A DNA stretch of 64,000 nucleotides from Planctomycetota bacterium. GTDB lineage: Bacteria; Planctomycetota; UBA1135; UBA2386. Shown here one piece after another: positions 10,230 through 19,948 of the stretch. The stretch's first letter is position 1. Each line of letters begins with the position of its first letter. The position numbers and the translations under genes were made by a program. The DNA is taken from assembly GCA_947501605.1 (NCBI GenBank), contig CANMWZ010000005.1, positions 1 to 64,000 of the forward strand. Reading direction: 5' to 3'. The notes beneath the pieces are model-generated. The model saw nothing but the letters and a program-made list of their open reading frames with translations, ran no database searches and was not told the origin of the DNA.

Positions 10230-10306
10230 GCGGCCGTAGCTCAATTGGATAGAGCTCCAGACTACGGATCTGGAGGTTAGAGGTTCAAGTCCTCTCGGCC
10301 GTACCA
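10230..10306 (+). tRNA. tRNA-Arg, anticodon ACG
   Basis: 77 nt: acceptor GCGGCCG/CGGCCGT-A-CCA, D arm GCTC-AATTGGATA-GAGC, anticodon arm CCAGA-CTACGGA-TCTGG, T arm AGAGG-TTCAAGT-CCTCT. Confidence 0.97.
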
Positions 10307-10407
10307 CTTACGCCCCTCGCGGGCGTCTCGCAGTGCCCCTCGGGCGCGGCGACATCGCGGCGAAACTGCGGCGACCTCGGGTGCCCGCAAGCGCGGCGGC
10401 AGGCGTA

Positions 10408-10493
10408 TCCCGGTGCCCCGAACGGGACCTCCCGGTGCCCCGAACGGGACCTCCCGGTGCCCCGAATGGGACCTCCCGGTGCCCCGAATGGGA
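10408..10493. repeat. 22-bp tandem repeat (~3.9 copies) TCCCGGTGCCCCGAAYGGGACC
   Basis: Copies start at 10408, 10430, 10452, 10474; contiguous with no spacers; the complete copies differ at one C/T position. Confidence 0.93.
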
Positions 10494-10656
10494 GGCTCCT
10501 TCGCCGGATCAGGGCCACCGGCTTGCCGTCTCTCCCCTTCGCTGCCCGTCGGCCGCTTTCGTGGGGCGGTGACTTCTGCATCGACGGACGCGCGCGAAAT
10601 GACTGCGGGCGACCCATCGGCCGCCCGCGTCTATGGTCTCGAGACCTTGGGTCTGC

Positions 10657-11892
10657 TCAGTTGGTCTGCAACTCGAAGCTGATGCAGTTGCTCAGGGAGT
10701 TGCCCGTGCCGGCGCAGAACGCGACACACTGCGAGCTCAGCACGAGGCCGGCGAAGATCGGGTTCATCGGCAACCCCAGCCCGAAGTTGGCAACCCCGGT
10801 GCAACCGGCACCGGCGGCTGTGAACACCGGGCCCAGAGTCACGATCAGCGGCGACTGCACCAGGATGGGACCACAGAAGGGCGGGACGGTGGGGCTCGCC
10901 GTGAGGCACGGACCGACACCGATACCGCAGATCGCGAACGACGACAGTGGCACGCCGTCGAGGCCGAGGGTGAAGGCTGCGTTGCCGAGGTTCGGGCTGT
11001 TGCGCAGCGTGTGCAGCATCGGGCACGACGGGCAGCTGCCGTTGGCGCACGCGGTGCCAGTCGACGATTCGCGGCCGGTGCGGACGGCGAGCCCGATCCA
11101 CTGGTCACCGGGAATCGACGGTGGCAAGAAGCAGCATGTCTGCGGGCCGAAGTTGAGCGGCGCGCCGGTGACGAGGTAGCTCCAGCCGATCGATTGGAAA
11201 CCGTCCGTCATGTAGAGGATCTGACGGCTCGCATCGACCGCGAGGCCAGTGATACCGCGGAGCGGGACGCTGCCAAAGCAAGGCAGTGGGACCACGACCT
11301 GGACCGTGAGGCACGGGTTCGCCATCGGCGCGATGTGGATCGTCGACGCGCCGGTCGTCCAGTTGGAGTAGCTGTAGAAGACGAACCCGTTCTTCTCATC
11401 GACGGCGAGGCCGCCGGTCGCGTTCGTGACCGTGAGCGGCAGGCCGGTGTTGCACACCGCGAACGGCACTGGCGGGCAGCCGTAGGTCATGCGCGTGAGC
11501 GCGCCAAACGAGTCGAGCATCCAGATCTCGTTGAGCGACTCGACAACCTCGAGGCCCGTGACCAGCGCGTTCGGGGACACCGTCGGCGCCGGGAATGGTG
11601 GGCAGATGTAGGCACAGGTGTTCGGGTCGATCTCGGCGATGACTTGGCCGTTGCTGACCACGGCGCCGTTCCGAATCGGATCCCAACCCGTGCCGCCAGC
11701 GTAGGGGACACCAACTGCGGCCGGGAAGCCGAAGGGCGTGCAGAACGGCAGCGGTGCGCAGCCGTTGTGGTTGCGCTGGTCGAGGATCGGGGTGTTGCGC
11801 GTGATGCCGATCAGGTTGTCGGGCAACTGCGCGAGGACCACGTTGGCCAGCAGGAAGGAGGAGACGACGGCGAGGGATGGGGGGATTCGCAT
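10657..11892 (-). CDS. secreted Cys-rich protein, probable beta-propeller plus C-terminal module
   Basis: Signal peptide MRIPPSLAVVSSFLLANVVLAQ; repeated (T)GLAV(D)/GLEV blades; C-terminal P.LG...LP...F.G..L..Q...SN module. Confidence 0.8.
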   Translation of the reverse strand: MRIPPSLAVVSSFLLANVVLAQLPDNLIGITRNTPILDQRNHNGCAPLPFCTPFGFPAAVGVPYAGGTGWDPIRNGAVVSNGQVIAEIDPNTCAYICPPFPAPTVSPNALVTGLEVVESLNEIWMLDSFGALTRMTYGCPPVPFAVCNTGLPLTVTNATGGLAVDEKNGFVFYSYSNWTTGASTIHIAPMANPCLTVQVVVPLPCFGSVPLRGITGLAVDASRQILYMTDGFQSIGWSYLVTGAPLNFGPQTCCFLPPSIPGDQWIGLAVRTGRESSTGTACANGSCPSCPMLHTLRNSPNLGNAAFTLGLDGVPLSSFAICGIGVGPCLTASPTVPPFCGPILVQSPLIVTLGPVFTAAGAGCTGVANFGLGLPMNPIFAGLVLSSQCVAFCAGTGNSLSNCISFELQTN

Positions 11893-12037
11893 GACAGGGG
11901 AAGTCGGTGGGAGCCTTGGGAGCGGCCGCGTCGCAGCGGCGCACCCCGGGAAGGACCGATTGCCGCCGCGCGCACGCCAAAGGCGAAAAAAACCTGCAAG
12001 CCCCACCGGTCGGCTGGCCTGCCACGTCCCGACGTCG

Positions 12038-14170
12038 TCAGCGCGACGGCTCCCAGTGCACGGCGTCCCACTCGCTCATCCGGTCGATGGCCCCGTCAGC
12101 GGGCCGCTGCCGCGTGGCCCGAACACGGCGTTGGATCTCGGTCGCGCGCTGCGCCGTGGCGGTGTCCCCTCGCGCGGCGGCCGCGACCCTGGCGATCTCG
12201 ACCGCCCCAAGCGCCCACTCGTTGAAACCCGTGCCGTACGACCACAGCGCGTAGGCCGGATCGCGTTCTTGCTGGGCTTCGAGCGGGGCCCCGTCCTGCC
12301 AGCGCAGCGCGGTGGCGACGATGCACTCCTTGTCGTCGACCAGCCAGCCGTGCCGCACGGCGGTCACGGCGATCGTCTCGGCCAGGGTGCGGGCGTTCTG
12401 GTTGCCGGTGATGCGGTGCGCGGCGGCGAAGCCGTTGCACGCCAGAGAGTCTTGCCAGGGCGTCCAATAGCGGCAGGCACCGGCCAGCATTCGAGCGTCG
12501 GGGTTCTCGATCGCCATCGTCCGCACCGAGCCTTCGGGCAGTTCGCGGCCAGCCCACTGCGCGAAGTTCACGAGGTCGAGGCGCGCGTTGATTCGAGCCA
12601 GCAGGTCGGAGTCGCCGGTCGCGAGGTACATCCAAGCGGCTGCCAAGTGCGTTCGGCCCGCGCCGCGCGGGGCATCCGTTCCGGATGTCGACTTGCCCGG
12701 TTCGACCGTCTCGCCGGACAAGAACAATTGCACCTCGTGCAGCAGCTCGCGCCGGGCCCAGTGGGCTCCGGTCAGCTGCGCGAAGGCGCCGAGGTAGTTG
12801 CTGCTCCAGTGCTGGCGGTCTTTGCCGCCCCAGCCATGCGTCTCGAAGGGCGGCTCTGGCGCCGGCTTGCCGAGGCGATCCGTCGACACCTCAGGGTGCC
12901 AGTGCGTGCGACCCGACCACACCGTCCACTTCGGGTGGTCGAGTGCGCGCAGCATGGCACCGTCCGTCTCGAACATGTGCACAGGCCGACAGGCTTCCTG
13001 CAAGACCGACGGTTCGACCTCGAGCAGGAAGCTGCCGATGCCGGTGGTGGCAATGACCGAGAGTTTGGTGACGCCAAAGTCCATCTGGTCGCCCGTCTGC
13101 CCGGCGTTCTTCGTGCCCGAGAACTCGTAGGCCACGAATGGGTCCGGTTGCGGCCGCTCGCTACCGGCAAAGGCGCGGTGGCGCTGCTCCAGCATCGCCC
13201 GCGCGCCGTCGCCGCGAAGCCAGTCGGGCATGGTCGCTGGTTCGCCAAACGCGCCGAACGCGCCGGTGCCCGTCCACGAGGTGGCCGCGCGCACGGGCCC
13301 GAGTACTGCCGCTTGGATGCTGCCGTCGCGCCGCACGTCCTTGCCGGTGAGTGCGGGCAACAGCGAGCCACAGCGGCGGATGCCCTGGCCGTCGCCAAGC
13401 ACCTGCTGTTGCAGCAACACGACGCGACTCCCTCGTTCGGTCGTCTGCTGCTGCACGCAGAGCCGCCCGGGATGGCGAAACAACAGCGCCATGCCGGTAG
13501 CCTCGATCGCGAACTCCTCGACCGCGACTTGCATGGCCGCGGTCGCAGGGTCGCTGAAGAAGACGGCAGCATCGACGTAGGCGTGGGCGTCACCACGGCC
13601 GCGGGCCACGATCAACTCGACAACGAGGCCCGTGGTGCCCAGGCGGGCGCTGCGAAGCTCGACCTTGCGCATCGCATTGTCCTCGAGCGTCGCCGTGACT
13701 GGCGGTTCCAGGCTCGCTTCGCCGAGATTGGTGCGTGCTTTCACCACCAGCGTACTCGCGAGTTCAGGGAATGCGCCCTCGGGCGACGGGCCGGCGCCCG
13801 GCACCAACGGGAGCGAGGCTTGGCCCATAGCCGGCAATTCGGCGGCAAACAGGCACAGACCTTGACGCAGCGAGCCGTCGGGCCAGCGGGCGCCAAAGGA
13901 TTGCCACGCGGTGGCGCGACCGTCGACGTGCAGATCGGGCAACTCGCTCACCGCGCCGCGCGCAAACGGCACGACGGCGCTGACTACTTCGCGACGCGGG
14001 TGCGGCGAGAGGTTCTGCAGCACGATCGTGCGCAGCGCGGTCTTGGCTGCGGTCGGTTCTGGCCCGGGAGGCGGCTCTTGCGCCCGCGCGAGTGGCAGCA
14101 GGGTGCTGACGGTGCCAAGGAGGCCAATCAGCCACGGCGACGAGCGGCGGACGCGCACTGCGATCTGCAT
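12038..14170 (-). CDS. secreted protein with YetA/PcRGLX-like N-terminal domain and probable alpha/alpha-toroid C-terminus
   Basis: Signal peptide ending ARAQ; VPFARG...WQSFGARWPDGSLR resembles the PcRGLX/YetA N-terminal motif; Trp/His-rich helical C-terminal half. Function uncertain. Confidence 0.65.
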   Translation of the reverse strand: MQIAVRVRRSSPWLIGLLGTVSTLLPLARAQEPPPGPEPTAAKTALRTIVLQNLSPHPRREVVSAVVPFARGAVSELPDLHVDGRATAWQSFGARWPDGSLRQGLCLFAAELPAMGQASLPLVPGAGPSPEGAFPELASTLVVKARTNLGEASLEPPVTATLEDNAMRKVELRSARLGTTGLVVELIVARGRGDAHAYVDAAVFFSDPATAAMQVAVEEFAIEATGMALLFRHPGRLCVQQQTTERGSRVVLLQQQVLGDGQGIRRCGSLLPALTGKDVRRDGSIQAAVLGPVRAATSWTGTGAFGAFGEPATMPDWLRGDGARAMLEQRHRAFAGSERPQPDPFVAYEFSGTKNAGQTGDQMDFGVTKLSVIATTGIGSFLLEVEPSVLQEACRPVHMFETDGAMLRALDHPKWTVWSGRTHWHPEVSTDRLGKPAPEPPFETHGWGGKDRQHWSSNYLGAFAQLTGAHWARRELLHEVQLFLSGETVEPGKSTSGTDAPRGAGRTHLAAAWMYLATGDSDLLARINARLDLVNFAQWAGRELPEGSVRTMAIENPDARMLAGACRYWTPWQDSLACNGFAAAHRITGNQNARTLAETIAVTAVRHGWLVDDKECIVATALRWQDGAPLEAQQERDPAYALWSYGTGFNEWALGAVEIARVAAAARGDTATAQRATEIQRRVRATRQRPADGAIDRMSEWDAVHWEPSR

Positions 14171-14176
14171 GCGGAT

Positions 14177-14182
14177 AGCCTA
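14177..14182 (-). promoter_or_regulatory. -10 hexamer of a putative leaderless transcript
   Basis: gc-TAGGCT-6 nt-ATG(14170); no Shine-Dalgarno. Confidence 0.5.
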
Positions 14183-14221
14183 GCGAGCCCCCTCGTTCGC
14201 CCCTCGAGCCCCTTGCGATCC

Positions 14222-16492
14222 GTGGCCTTCCACCAACCGTTGTCGTTTCTTCTCGCCGCGTTGTTCTTCGTGGCTGCTGCCCGCGGCCAGGCCCCACCCG
14301 AGCCGCAGCCCGATGCCGCCGAGGTGCCGTGGCTCCAGAGCACGGCCAAGGAGCTCAACGCCTTTGCCACGCTGGCTTACAAGAATGGCTTTCCGCGTCG
14401 CGCGCGCGACGTGTGGGTCGAGATCCTCGCCGAGTACGACCGCAACGATGCCGTTGCCCGCGAACAACTCGGCTATGTCGCGGTTGGGAGTGCGTGGCAG
14501 CCCAAGCCCGGGTTTGACTACCCGCAGATCGACGAGCCAAACCTCAAGAACGCGAAGATGCTCGACGGCAAGTGGCAGGCGACGGCCAAGCGACTTGGCG
14601 ACGGCCATCGAGAACTCGCTGCGACCTTGCAAGCGGCCGGCAAGCAGAACCGCGCGCAGTACCATTTCCGCCGGGCCCTGCGCTTCCAACCCAATGACGG
14701 CAAGGCGCAGGCGGGCGTCGGTGCGCGCACGGTCGAGGGGGTCACCGGCACCGACCTCGAGCTCGAGTTGCTGCGGCGGTCGCGGACGATGGAACGTCTG
14801 GTCACGAGCCTGACCGCGCAGAAGTACGCGGTGAAAGACGTCGCGCAGACCGATCCACGACTCGACAGCGCCGGCGCCAAGTACGCCGCGGTCGCCACCG
14901 AGAACTTCGTCATCTTCGGCGACTGGGAACGCGACGTGCTGGTGGACGTGGCGCAGTGGTCCGAGCGTTCGCTCGCGTTCTGCCAGCAGGTGTTCGACGG
15001 CGAAGCCTGGAAGACCCCGGCCGAGATGACGACGAAGATCGCCTTCTTCAAGGACCGCGCCGTCTGGGGCCAAGTCGTAAAGGCCAACGCGGCGGCGATC
15101 GGCGATGTGGACTTCGTGCTGCAGCACACGTCGGCGTGCGGCATCGACCGCGGCAAGAATGGCCTCCTCGTCTCCGGTCAGGCGGACCCGGCGGTGATGA
15201 TCGACTACGCCGTGCGCAAGGTGGCCGAGCAGTACTCGATGACCAAGCGCGACGCGATCGTCGAGGGCACGGGCCACGCGGTGGTGGGGCTGTTCTTTGG
15301 CCGCAACCTGATCATGACGGTGGCCGAGCAAAAGCAGAGCGGCACCGTGGCCGGCCGTGGTCAGGGTCGCTTCGAAATGCCGGACCTCGAGGTCTGGAAG
15401 GAACTCGCGCGCGACCTCGCGTTCGAAAAGGCGAGCGCACCGGCCGCCCACCTGCCGTTGATCCAAGTCGCGAGCTTCTCCAACGAGGAGCGCATCAAGG
15501 CGTGGTCGTTTGCCGACTACCTGCTGCGCCGCGAGCCCAAGCTGTTGCTCGCGCTCGATACGTCGGGCACTACCGCCAAGAACGACTTCGAAGTCATGAC
15601 CGCGTTCTTCGACGCGACGAAGGTGCAGCTGCGCGAGGTCGAAGAGGACTGGCGGGTCTTCTACACCGGGGATTCGGCGGCGCTGCGCGCGATTCGCGAC
15701 CAGGTCACACCGATGGATGCGATCAGCAAGGACGCGCCATTGTGGATCGAGGAGTTCAACCGCCTGCGCCGCACCTTCAGGGCCAAGAACGCCGGTTGGT
15801 CCGCCGACTACTCGGGACCTTGTCGCCAACACGCCGACTACCTCAAGAAGAACAAGGTCGCGCGCGATGGTGAGAACACGCAAGAGGCGGGCAAGCCCCT
15901 GGCCACCAACATCGGCCGCCTGTTTGCGCAGGGTGCGCTGATCCAAAGCGGCGAGAAAGACCCGAAGAAGGCGATGGCCGACTGGTGGCTGATTCCTGGC
16001 TTCCGCGATGCGCTATTCGACCGCACGCTCGAGCAGGTGGGCGCCTATGCCGACGGGCCCTTGTTGGTGATGGACGTGCAACGCGGTCGGACCATGGGCC
16101 CTCGGGTCGAGTCGATGACCTTTCCCTGGGCCAATCAGAAGGGCAGCGAGGTCTACAAGGGCGAGGTTGTCGCGTCCGTCCCGGTGGCGCTGCTCGGCCC
16201 CGAGATCGCAGCCTTGCTGGCTGCCAACGGCCGCGGCAAGCAGAAGGACATCGGCTTTCCGATCACCGCCCACTACTTCGCCGCCGACCCCGGCGACGTG
16301 AAATGCACCGTGCTCGTCGGCGGCCAGCAAGTCGTTGGCAAACTCGTGCGTGCCAACTTCGGCTCGCGCCGGGTGTCGGCTCCAGGGCTGTGGGTGTTCT
16401 ATCCGTTTGATCCGCTGCCAAAGGGCGTCGACATCGCGGTGAAGTGGACGACCAAGACCGGCAGTGAGTCCGTGACCTTCCAGGTGCTGTGA
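14222..16492 (+). CDS. large secreted protein, TPR-like N-terminus plus CAP/SCP-like domain (paralog 1)
   Basis: GTG 14222 gives signal peptide ...LLAALFFVAAARGQ; CAP-like FNRLRR...CRQHADYL...AMADWWLIPGFRDALFD..LEQVG; start uncertain. Confidence 0.75.
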   Translation: MAFHQPLSFLLAALFFVAAARGQAPPEPQPDAAEVPWLQSTAKELNAFATLAYKNGFPRRARDVWVEILAEYDRNDAVAREQLGYVAVGSAWQPKPGFDYPQIDEPNLKNAKMLDGKWQATAKRLGDGHRELAATLQAAGKQNRAQYHFRRALRFQPNDGKAQAGVGARTVEGVTGTDLELELLRRSRTMERLVTSLTAQKYAVKDVAQTDPRLDSAGAKYAAVATENFVIFGDWERDVLVDVAQWSERSLAFCQQVFDGEAWKTPAEMTTKIAFFKDRAVWGQVVKANAAAIGDVDFVLQHTSACGIDRGKNGLLVSGQADPAVMIDYAVRKVAEQYSMTKRDAIVEGTGHAVVGLFFGRNLIMTVAEQKQSGTVAGRGQGRFEMPDLEVWKELARDLAFEKASAPAAHLPLIQVASFSNEERIKAWSFADYLLRREPKLLLALDTSGTTAKNDFEVMTAFFDATKVQLREVEEDWRVFYTGDSAALRAIRDQVTPMDAISKDAPLWIEEFNRLRRTFRAKNAGWSADYSGPCRQHADYLKKNKVARDGENTQEAGKPLATNIGRLFAQGALIQSGEKDPKKAMADWWLIPGFRDALFDRTLEQVGAYADGPLLVMDVQRGRTMGPRVESMTFPWANQKGSEVYKGEVVASVPVALLGPEIAALLAANGRGKQKDIGFPITAHYFAADPGDVKCTVLVGGQQVVGKLVRANFGSRRVSAPGLWVFYPFDPLPKGVDIAVKWTTKTGSESVTFQVL

Positions 16493-18759
16493 TGCAACCA
16501 CTCCTGTCGTCGCCACACCGCGGAGCGTTTGCGTGGATGCTGGCCACTGGCTCGCTGTTGGCGCAGGACATCGGCGCGGCCGACGCACTCGCAGCGCAAG
16601 CCGAGACCGCCGCGGTCGCGGCGATGCTGAACCGCGCTGCGGCGCTGGCCAGCAACCAGCAGTTTGGCCGAGCGGTGGCGCTGTGGCGCGAGGTCGTGCA
16701 GGAGTGGGATCCCGGCAACGCGCGCGCGCTCGAAGCACTCGGCTTCGTGAAGGTCGGTGAAGTGTGGCGCCGCGACGCCAACAAGGCCGTGGCCGAAATC
16801 GACCTGAAGGGCGACGCGAAGCTGCAGAAGAAGATCGATCAGGAATGGAGCAAGACGGAGAAGGAGATCGCCAAGTTGCTCGACGGCACCGCCAGGGCCT
16901 TCGCGGTCGCCGGGCGCAGCGATCGCGCGCTGCAGTTCTGGCGCCGTTTGGTCACGCTGCGTCCCGGCGACAAGCAGGCAGTGGCAGCGATCGCCGCGAT
17001 CAACGCCACTGGTTTCGACGGGCACTCTGGCTCGCCGTCCGAACTCGCGATGCTTCGTCGGGGCCGCGCGTTTGCCCAGGGCGTCGAGTTCTTGCGCGGC
17101 TATGAGCCCGCGGTGGCGCCAGCCGAGGGCCAGAACCCCCTGATGCAAAAGGCCGGGATCGCGCACCAAGGTATGCGGACCGATCACTTCGTCGTCTGGG
17201 GTGCGCTGCCGCCCGAGCGGCTGAAGCTCGCGGCGCAGGCGGCCGAGCGCGGGCTGTTGCTGAGTCGGTTGATGTTCACCAACGCTGACGGCGAGCGCTT
17301 CGTCGAGAAGAAGCATCACGACATCCTCTGGACCGCGGACCGCGCGGTGTATCAGAAGACGCTGGATGCCGCTGCCGAGCAGTTCGACCGTGAGCGGCTG
17401 CGGTTCTTGAAGGAAGACGTCGAACTGGCATTCGTGCGCGTCGGCAATGACTACCAACGCCTCTACACGCTGGCGAACGGGACTGGCGATGACTTCTTGG
17501 TCGACGTCACGGCGCGCGGCGTCGTGCAGGATGCCTCGGGCATCGAGAACGAAGGCTTGTGGGAGGGCATCGGCCACGCCGCCGTGGCGTTGCTCTTCGA
17601 CCGCACGTTGTCCTTCTATCTGGAGCAGCCACAGGGCAACACGGTGACCAACTGGAAGCCGAAGCCACTGCAGCCGGACATGGAAACGTGGCGGCAGATC
17701 GCACAAGAGAGCGCGTGGGCGAAGAACGACACGCCGAGTGCGCGACTGGTGTTGCTGCAGGGTCACAAGATGACCAATGACGAGCGCGTCAAGGCGTGGT
17801 CGATGTGCGACTGGCTCGTGCGCGTCGATCCGACCTTGCTGATGCAGCTCGCCGCCAGCAGGACCGAGACCGTGCGCGACGCCGATGCGGTGACAGCCGA
17901 GTTCCAGAAGCGCGCTGGCAGGAGTCTCGCAGACCTCGACGAGTCCTGGCGTGAGTACTGGGGCAAGGGTCAAGCCTTGCGCAAAGCGATGGCGGCAGCG
18001 CCGAGCGGCAAGAAGGAGGCGGTGCAGGATGCACGGCTTCTGGCCACAGCCATCTTCCGGGCGCGCGCGGCAGCGGATGCCGGACCCGGCGGGTTTGTCG
18101 TCGCGACTTCCGCGGCTGCGCAGAGCGTTCACGACTGGCTGCAGAAGAAGGCCAAGTTCGAGGAGGAGCAGCGGCGCGCGAAGGCCAATCCAAAGAAGCC
18201 GGTGCAACAGGGGCCGCCGCCCGAGCCACCGGCGCCACCGGCCGCGTGTGGCACGACCGTGATCCACTGCGAGGGTGCGGACCCCGCCGCCGCGGTCGCG
18301 GCTTGGATGACGGTGCCAGCGCTGCGCGATTTCTTGATCGACCCGGCGCGCACGATGTTCGCTTGCAGCAAGGGGCCACATGCATTCGTGCTCGAACTGG
18401 CGGGCGAAGTGCCACCGACGGTGCGCGGTGCTCCGACGTGCTATCCGCGGGACGGCCAGCACGATGTGCCAGGGACGCTGGGTGACGGCGGCACTCCGGT
18501 ATCGCTGCATTGCTTCCGCGAGGTCGATGCGGGGCAGTTGTCGGAGATCACCTGCGTCGTCACGGCCAATGGCGCGCGCATTCCCGGCACGCTCGAGGTG
18601 ATCCAGGGCAAGTCCGGATTGTCGGCGCGGGGGTGCGTGGCGTTCACGCCGCGCTCGCCGTTGCCGCCCGGCGTCGTCGAGGTCGCGTGGACCGTGCCGT
18701 TGCCACTGCGCGGCGGCCGCGACGTGCCAGCGCCGCGGGCGAAGTTCACCGTGCGCTGA
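16489..18759 (+). CDS. large secreted protein, tandem paralog of the preceding gene, with degenerate CAP-like domain
   Basis: Overlaps the upstream stop; shares ARE.LG(Y/F)V.VG..W, EG.GHA.V.L.F.R.L, PD.E.W, ER.KAWS..D.L.R..P; AVAAWMTVPALRDFLIDP. Confidence 0.8.
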   Translation: MMQPLLSSPHRGAFAWMLATGSLLAQDIGAADALAAQAETAAVAAMLNRAAALASNQQFGRAVALWREVVQEWDPGNARALEALGFVKVGEVWRRDANKAVAEIDLKGDAKLQKKIDQEWSKTEKEIAKLLDGTARAFAVAGRSDRALQFWRRLVTLRPGDKQAVAAIAAINATGFDGHSGSPSELAMLRRGRAFAQGVEFLRGYEPAVAPAEGQNPLMQKAGIAHQGMRTDHFVVWGALPPERLKLAAQAAERGLLLSRLMFTNADGERFVEKKHHDILWTADRAVYQKTLDAAAEQFDRERLRFLKEDVELAFVRVGNDYQRLYTLANGTGDDFLVDVTARGVVQDASGIENEGLWEGIGHAAVALLFDRTLSFYLEQPQGNTVTNWKPKPLQPDMETWRQIAQESAWAKNDTPSARLVLLQGHKMTNDERVKAWSMCDWLVRVDPTLLMQLAASRTETVRDADAVTAEFQKRAGRSLADLDESWREYWGKGQALRKAMAAAPSGKKEAVQDARLLATAIFRARAAADAGPGGFVVATSAAAQSVHDWLQKKAKFEEEQRRAKANPKKPVQQGPPPEPPAPPAACGTTVIHCEGADPAAAVAAWMTVPALRDFLIDPARTMFACSKGPHAFVLELAGEVPPTVRGAPTCYPRDGQHDVPGTLGDGGTPVSLHCFREVDAGQLSEITCVVTANGARIPGTLEVIQGKSGLSARGCVAFTPRSPLPPGVVEVAWTVPLPLRGGRDVPAPRAKFTVR

Positions 18760-18859
18760 GTCGCGTGGGGAATCCGCCACCGCCGCGTGCGACGTGCCGG
18801 CAGCGGGCGCACTTGGCTCGCGGTGGTGCCCCGGTTCGCAACGAGCGTGCGGGCGAGGA

Positions 18860-19843
18860 TCAGATCGCTTCGCGCGCCTTGGCCTTCGGTTTCGCCTCGA
18901 CCTTGCGCACTGGCACCTGCACCTCGAAGTAGCGGCGGTCGTCACCGACGCTCGGGCTGTTGTAGTTCATCATCCGCATGGTTCCTGCGGCTTCGAACTC
19001 CGTCGCATTCGCCGCCAGCCAGCGGAGCAGGCGCTCGTTCAATGTGGCGAGACGGTCGGGCCGTTCATAACCACGCGCACCGACGCTCAGCACGGTCACC
19101 GCGGGGACATCGACAACCTCTACTTTGCCATTCTTGCCGGCTTCGCCGATCGCGGGATCGCCGTAGAGGAACGCCATGCTCTGTTCCGCGGCCGCCTCGC
19201 CGTTGTGGTCGTAATCGATCTGGACCGGCGTGGTCATCGCGATGTCGTTCTTCTTGATGTGGTTGAACAGCATCCAGAACGAGGACATCGAGCCATTGCG
19301 CCGCATCGGTGCCCGCACCATGCGATAGGTCGGGTAGTCGCGCAGCTCGATCTCGTCGAGGGCGGCGTAGGTCGGGAAGCCCTTGGGCAGTTCGGCTTCG
19401 CGAACGGGCGTGAAACGCAGGTCCGAATCGAGGTCGGCGAGTGCGAGGCGCAGTTTGGTCGCGGCGACCATGGGCCCGTCTTGCGACTCGTGCGCCACCG
19501 CCGCGGCGGTGGCCGAAGCAAGCCGCCGCGCGGCTTGGCTGCCGGCGGGCAGCAGTGCTGCCACCTCGGATGCCAGCACGCGGAGATCGGCGAGTCGCTG
19601 GGTCGTACCGTTGGCGTCTGCTGCGTTGGCGCGTCGGCTGTCGGCGAGGTCGGCGGCGAGACCGGTCTCGAGGGTCGCGGCCGCCTGCGTTCGCGCCTCG
19701 AGGTCTTGGACCTGCAGCAGTCGCTCGGCGGGCTCGCCGTCCGCAGCGGGCATCGCCTCGGTCGGGCTTGCTTGCGCGGCCAGCGACGGCAACTCGGTGG
19801 CGACGAGGCAGAGCAGGACGAACACGGCGGGCCGGATGCGCAT
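18860..19843 (-). CDS. secreted SOUL-family heme-binding protein
   Basis: Signal peptide MRIRPAVFVLL...; IELRDYP, FWMLFNHIKKNDIAMTTPV, MAFLY, YNSP...RRYFEVQVPV. Confidence 0.85.
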   Translation of the reverse strand: MRIRPAVFVLLCLVATELPSLAAQASPTEAMPAADGEPAERLLQVQDLEARTQAAATLETGLAADLADSRRANAADANGTTQRLADLRVLASEVAALLPAGSQAARRLASATAAAVAHESQDGPMVAATKLRLALADLDSDLRFTPVREAELPKGFPTYAALDEIELRDYPTYRMVRAPMRRNGSMSSFWMLFNHIKKNDIAMTTPVQIDYDHNGEAAAEQSMAFLYGDPAIGEAGKNGKVEVVDVPAVTVLSVGARGYERPDRLATLNERLLRWLAANATEFEAAGTMRMMNYNSPSVGDDRRYFEVQVPVRKVEAKPKAKAREAI

Positions 19844-19948
19844 GGGCGGCCGTTCGCCCGCGCCCGCGCCGCGGATGCAGTGGGCCCCCGGTCGGTGGTT
19901 TGCCAGTCTCGCCTTTGCGAGAGGTCCCTCTATGCTGCGCCGCCCCGT

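Noticed and set aside
10230..10306. tRNA as an integration site of a genomic island
   Set aside because: No integrase, and I found no duplicated tRNA 3' end in the window.
10408..10493. Possible CRISPR array
   Set aside because: Units are contiguous with no unique spacers, and no cas genes are visible.
11738..14221. Long N-terminal extensions of ORF calls (11738-16492, 18794-22117, 18860-22348, 42168-46628, 43982-47977)
   Set aside because: They overlap well-supported genes; the real starts lie downstream at signal peptides or stop/start overlaps.
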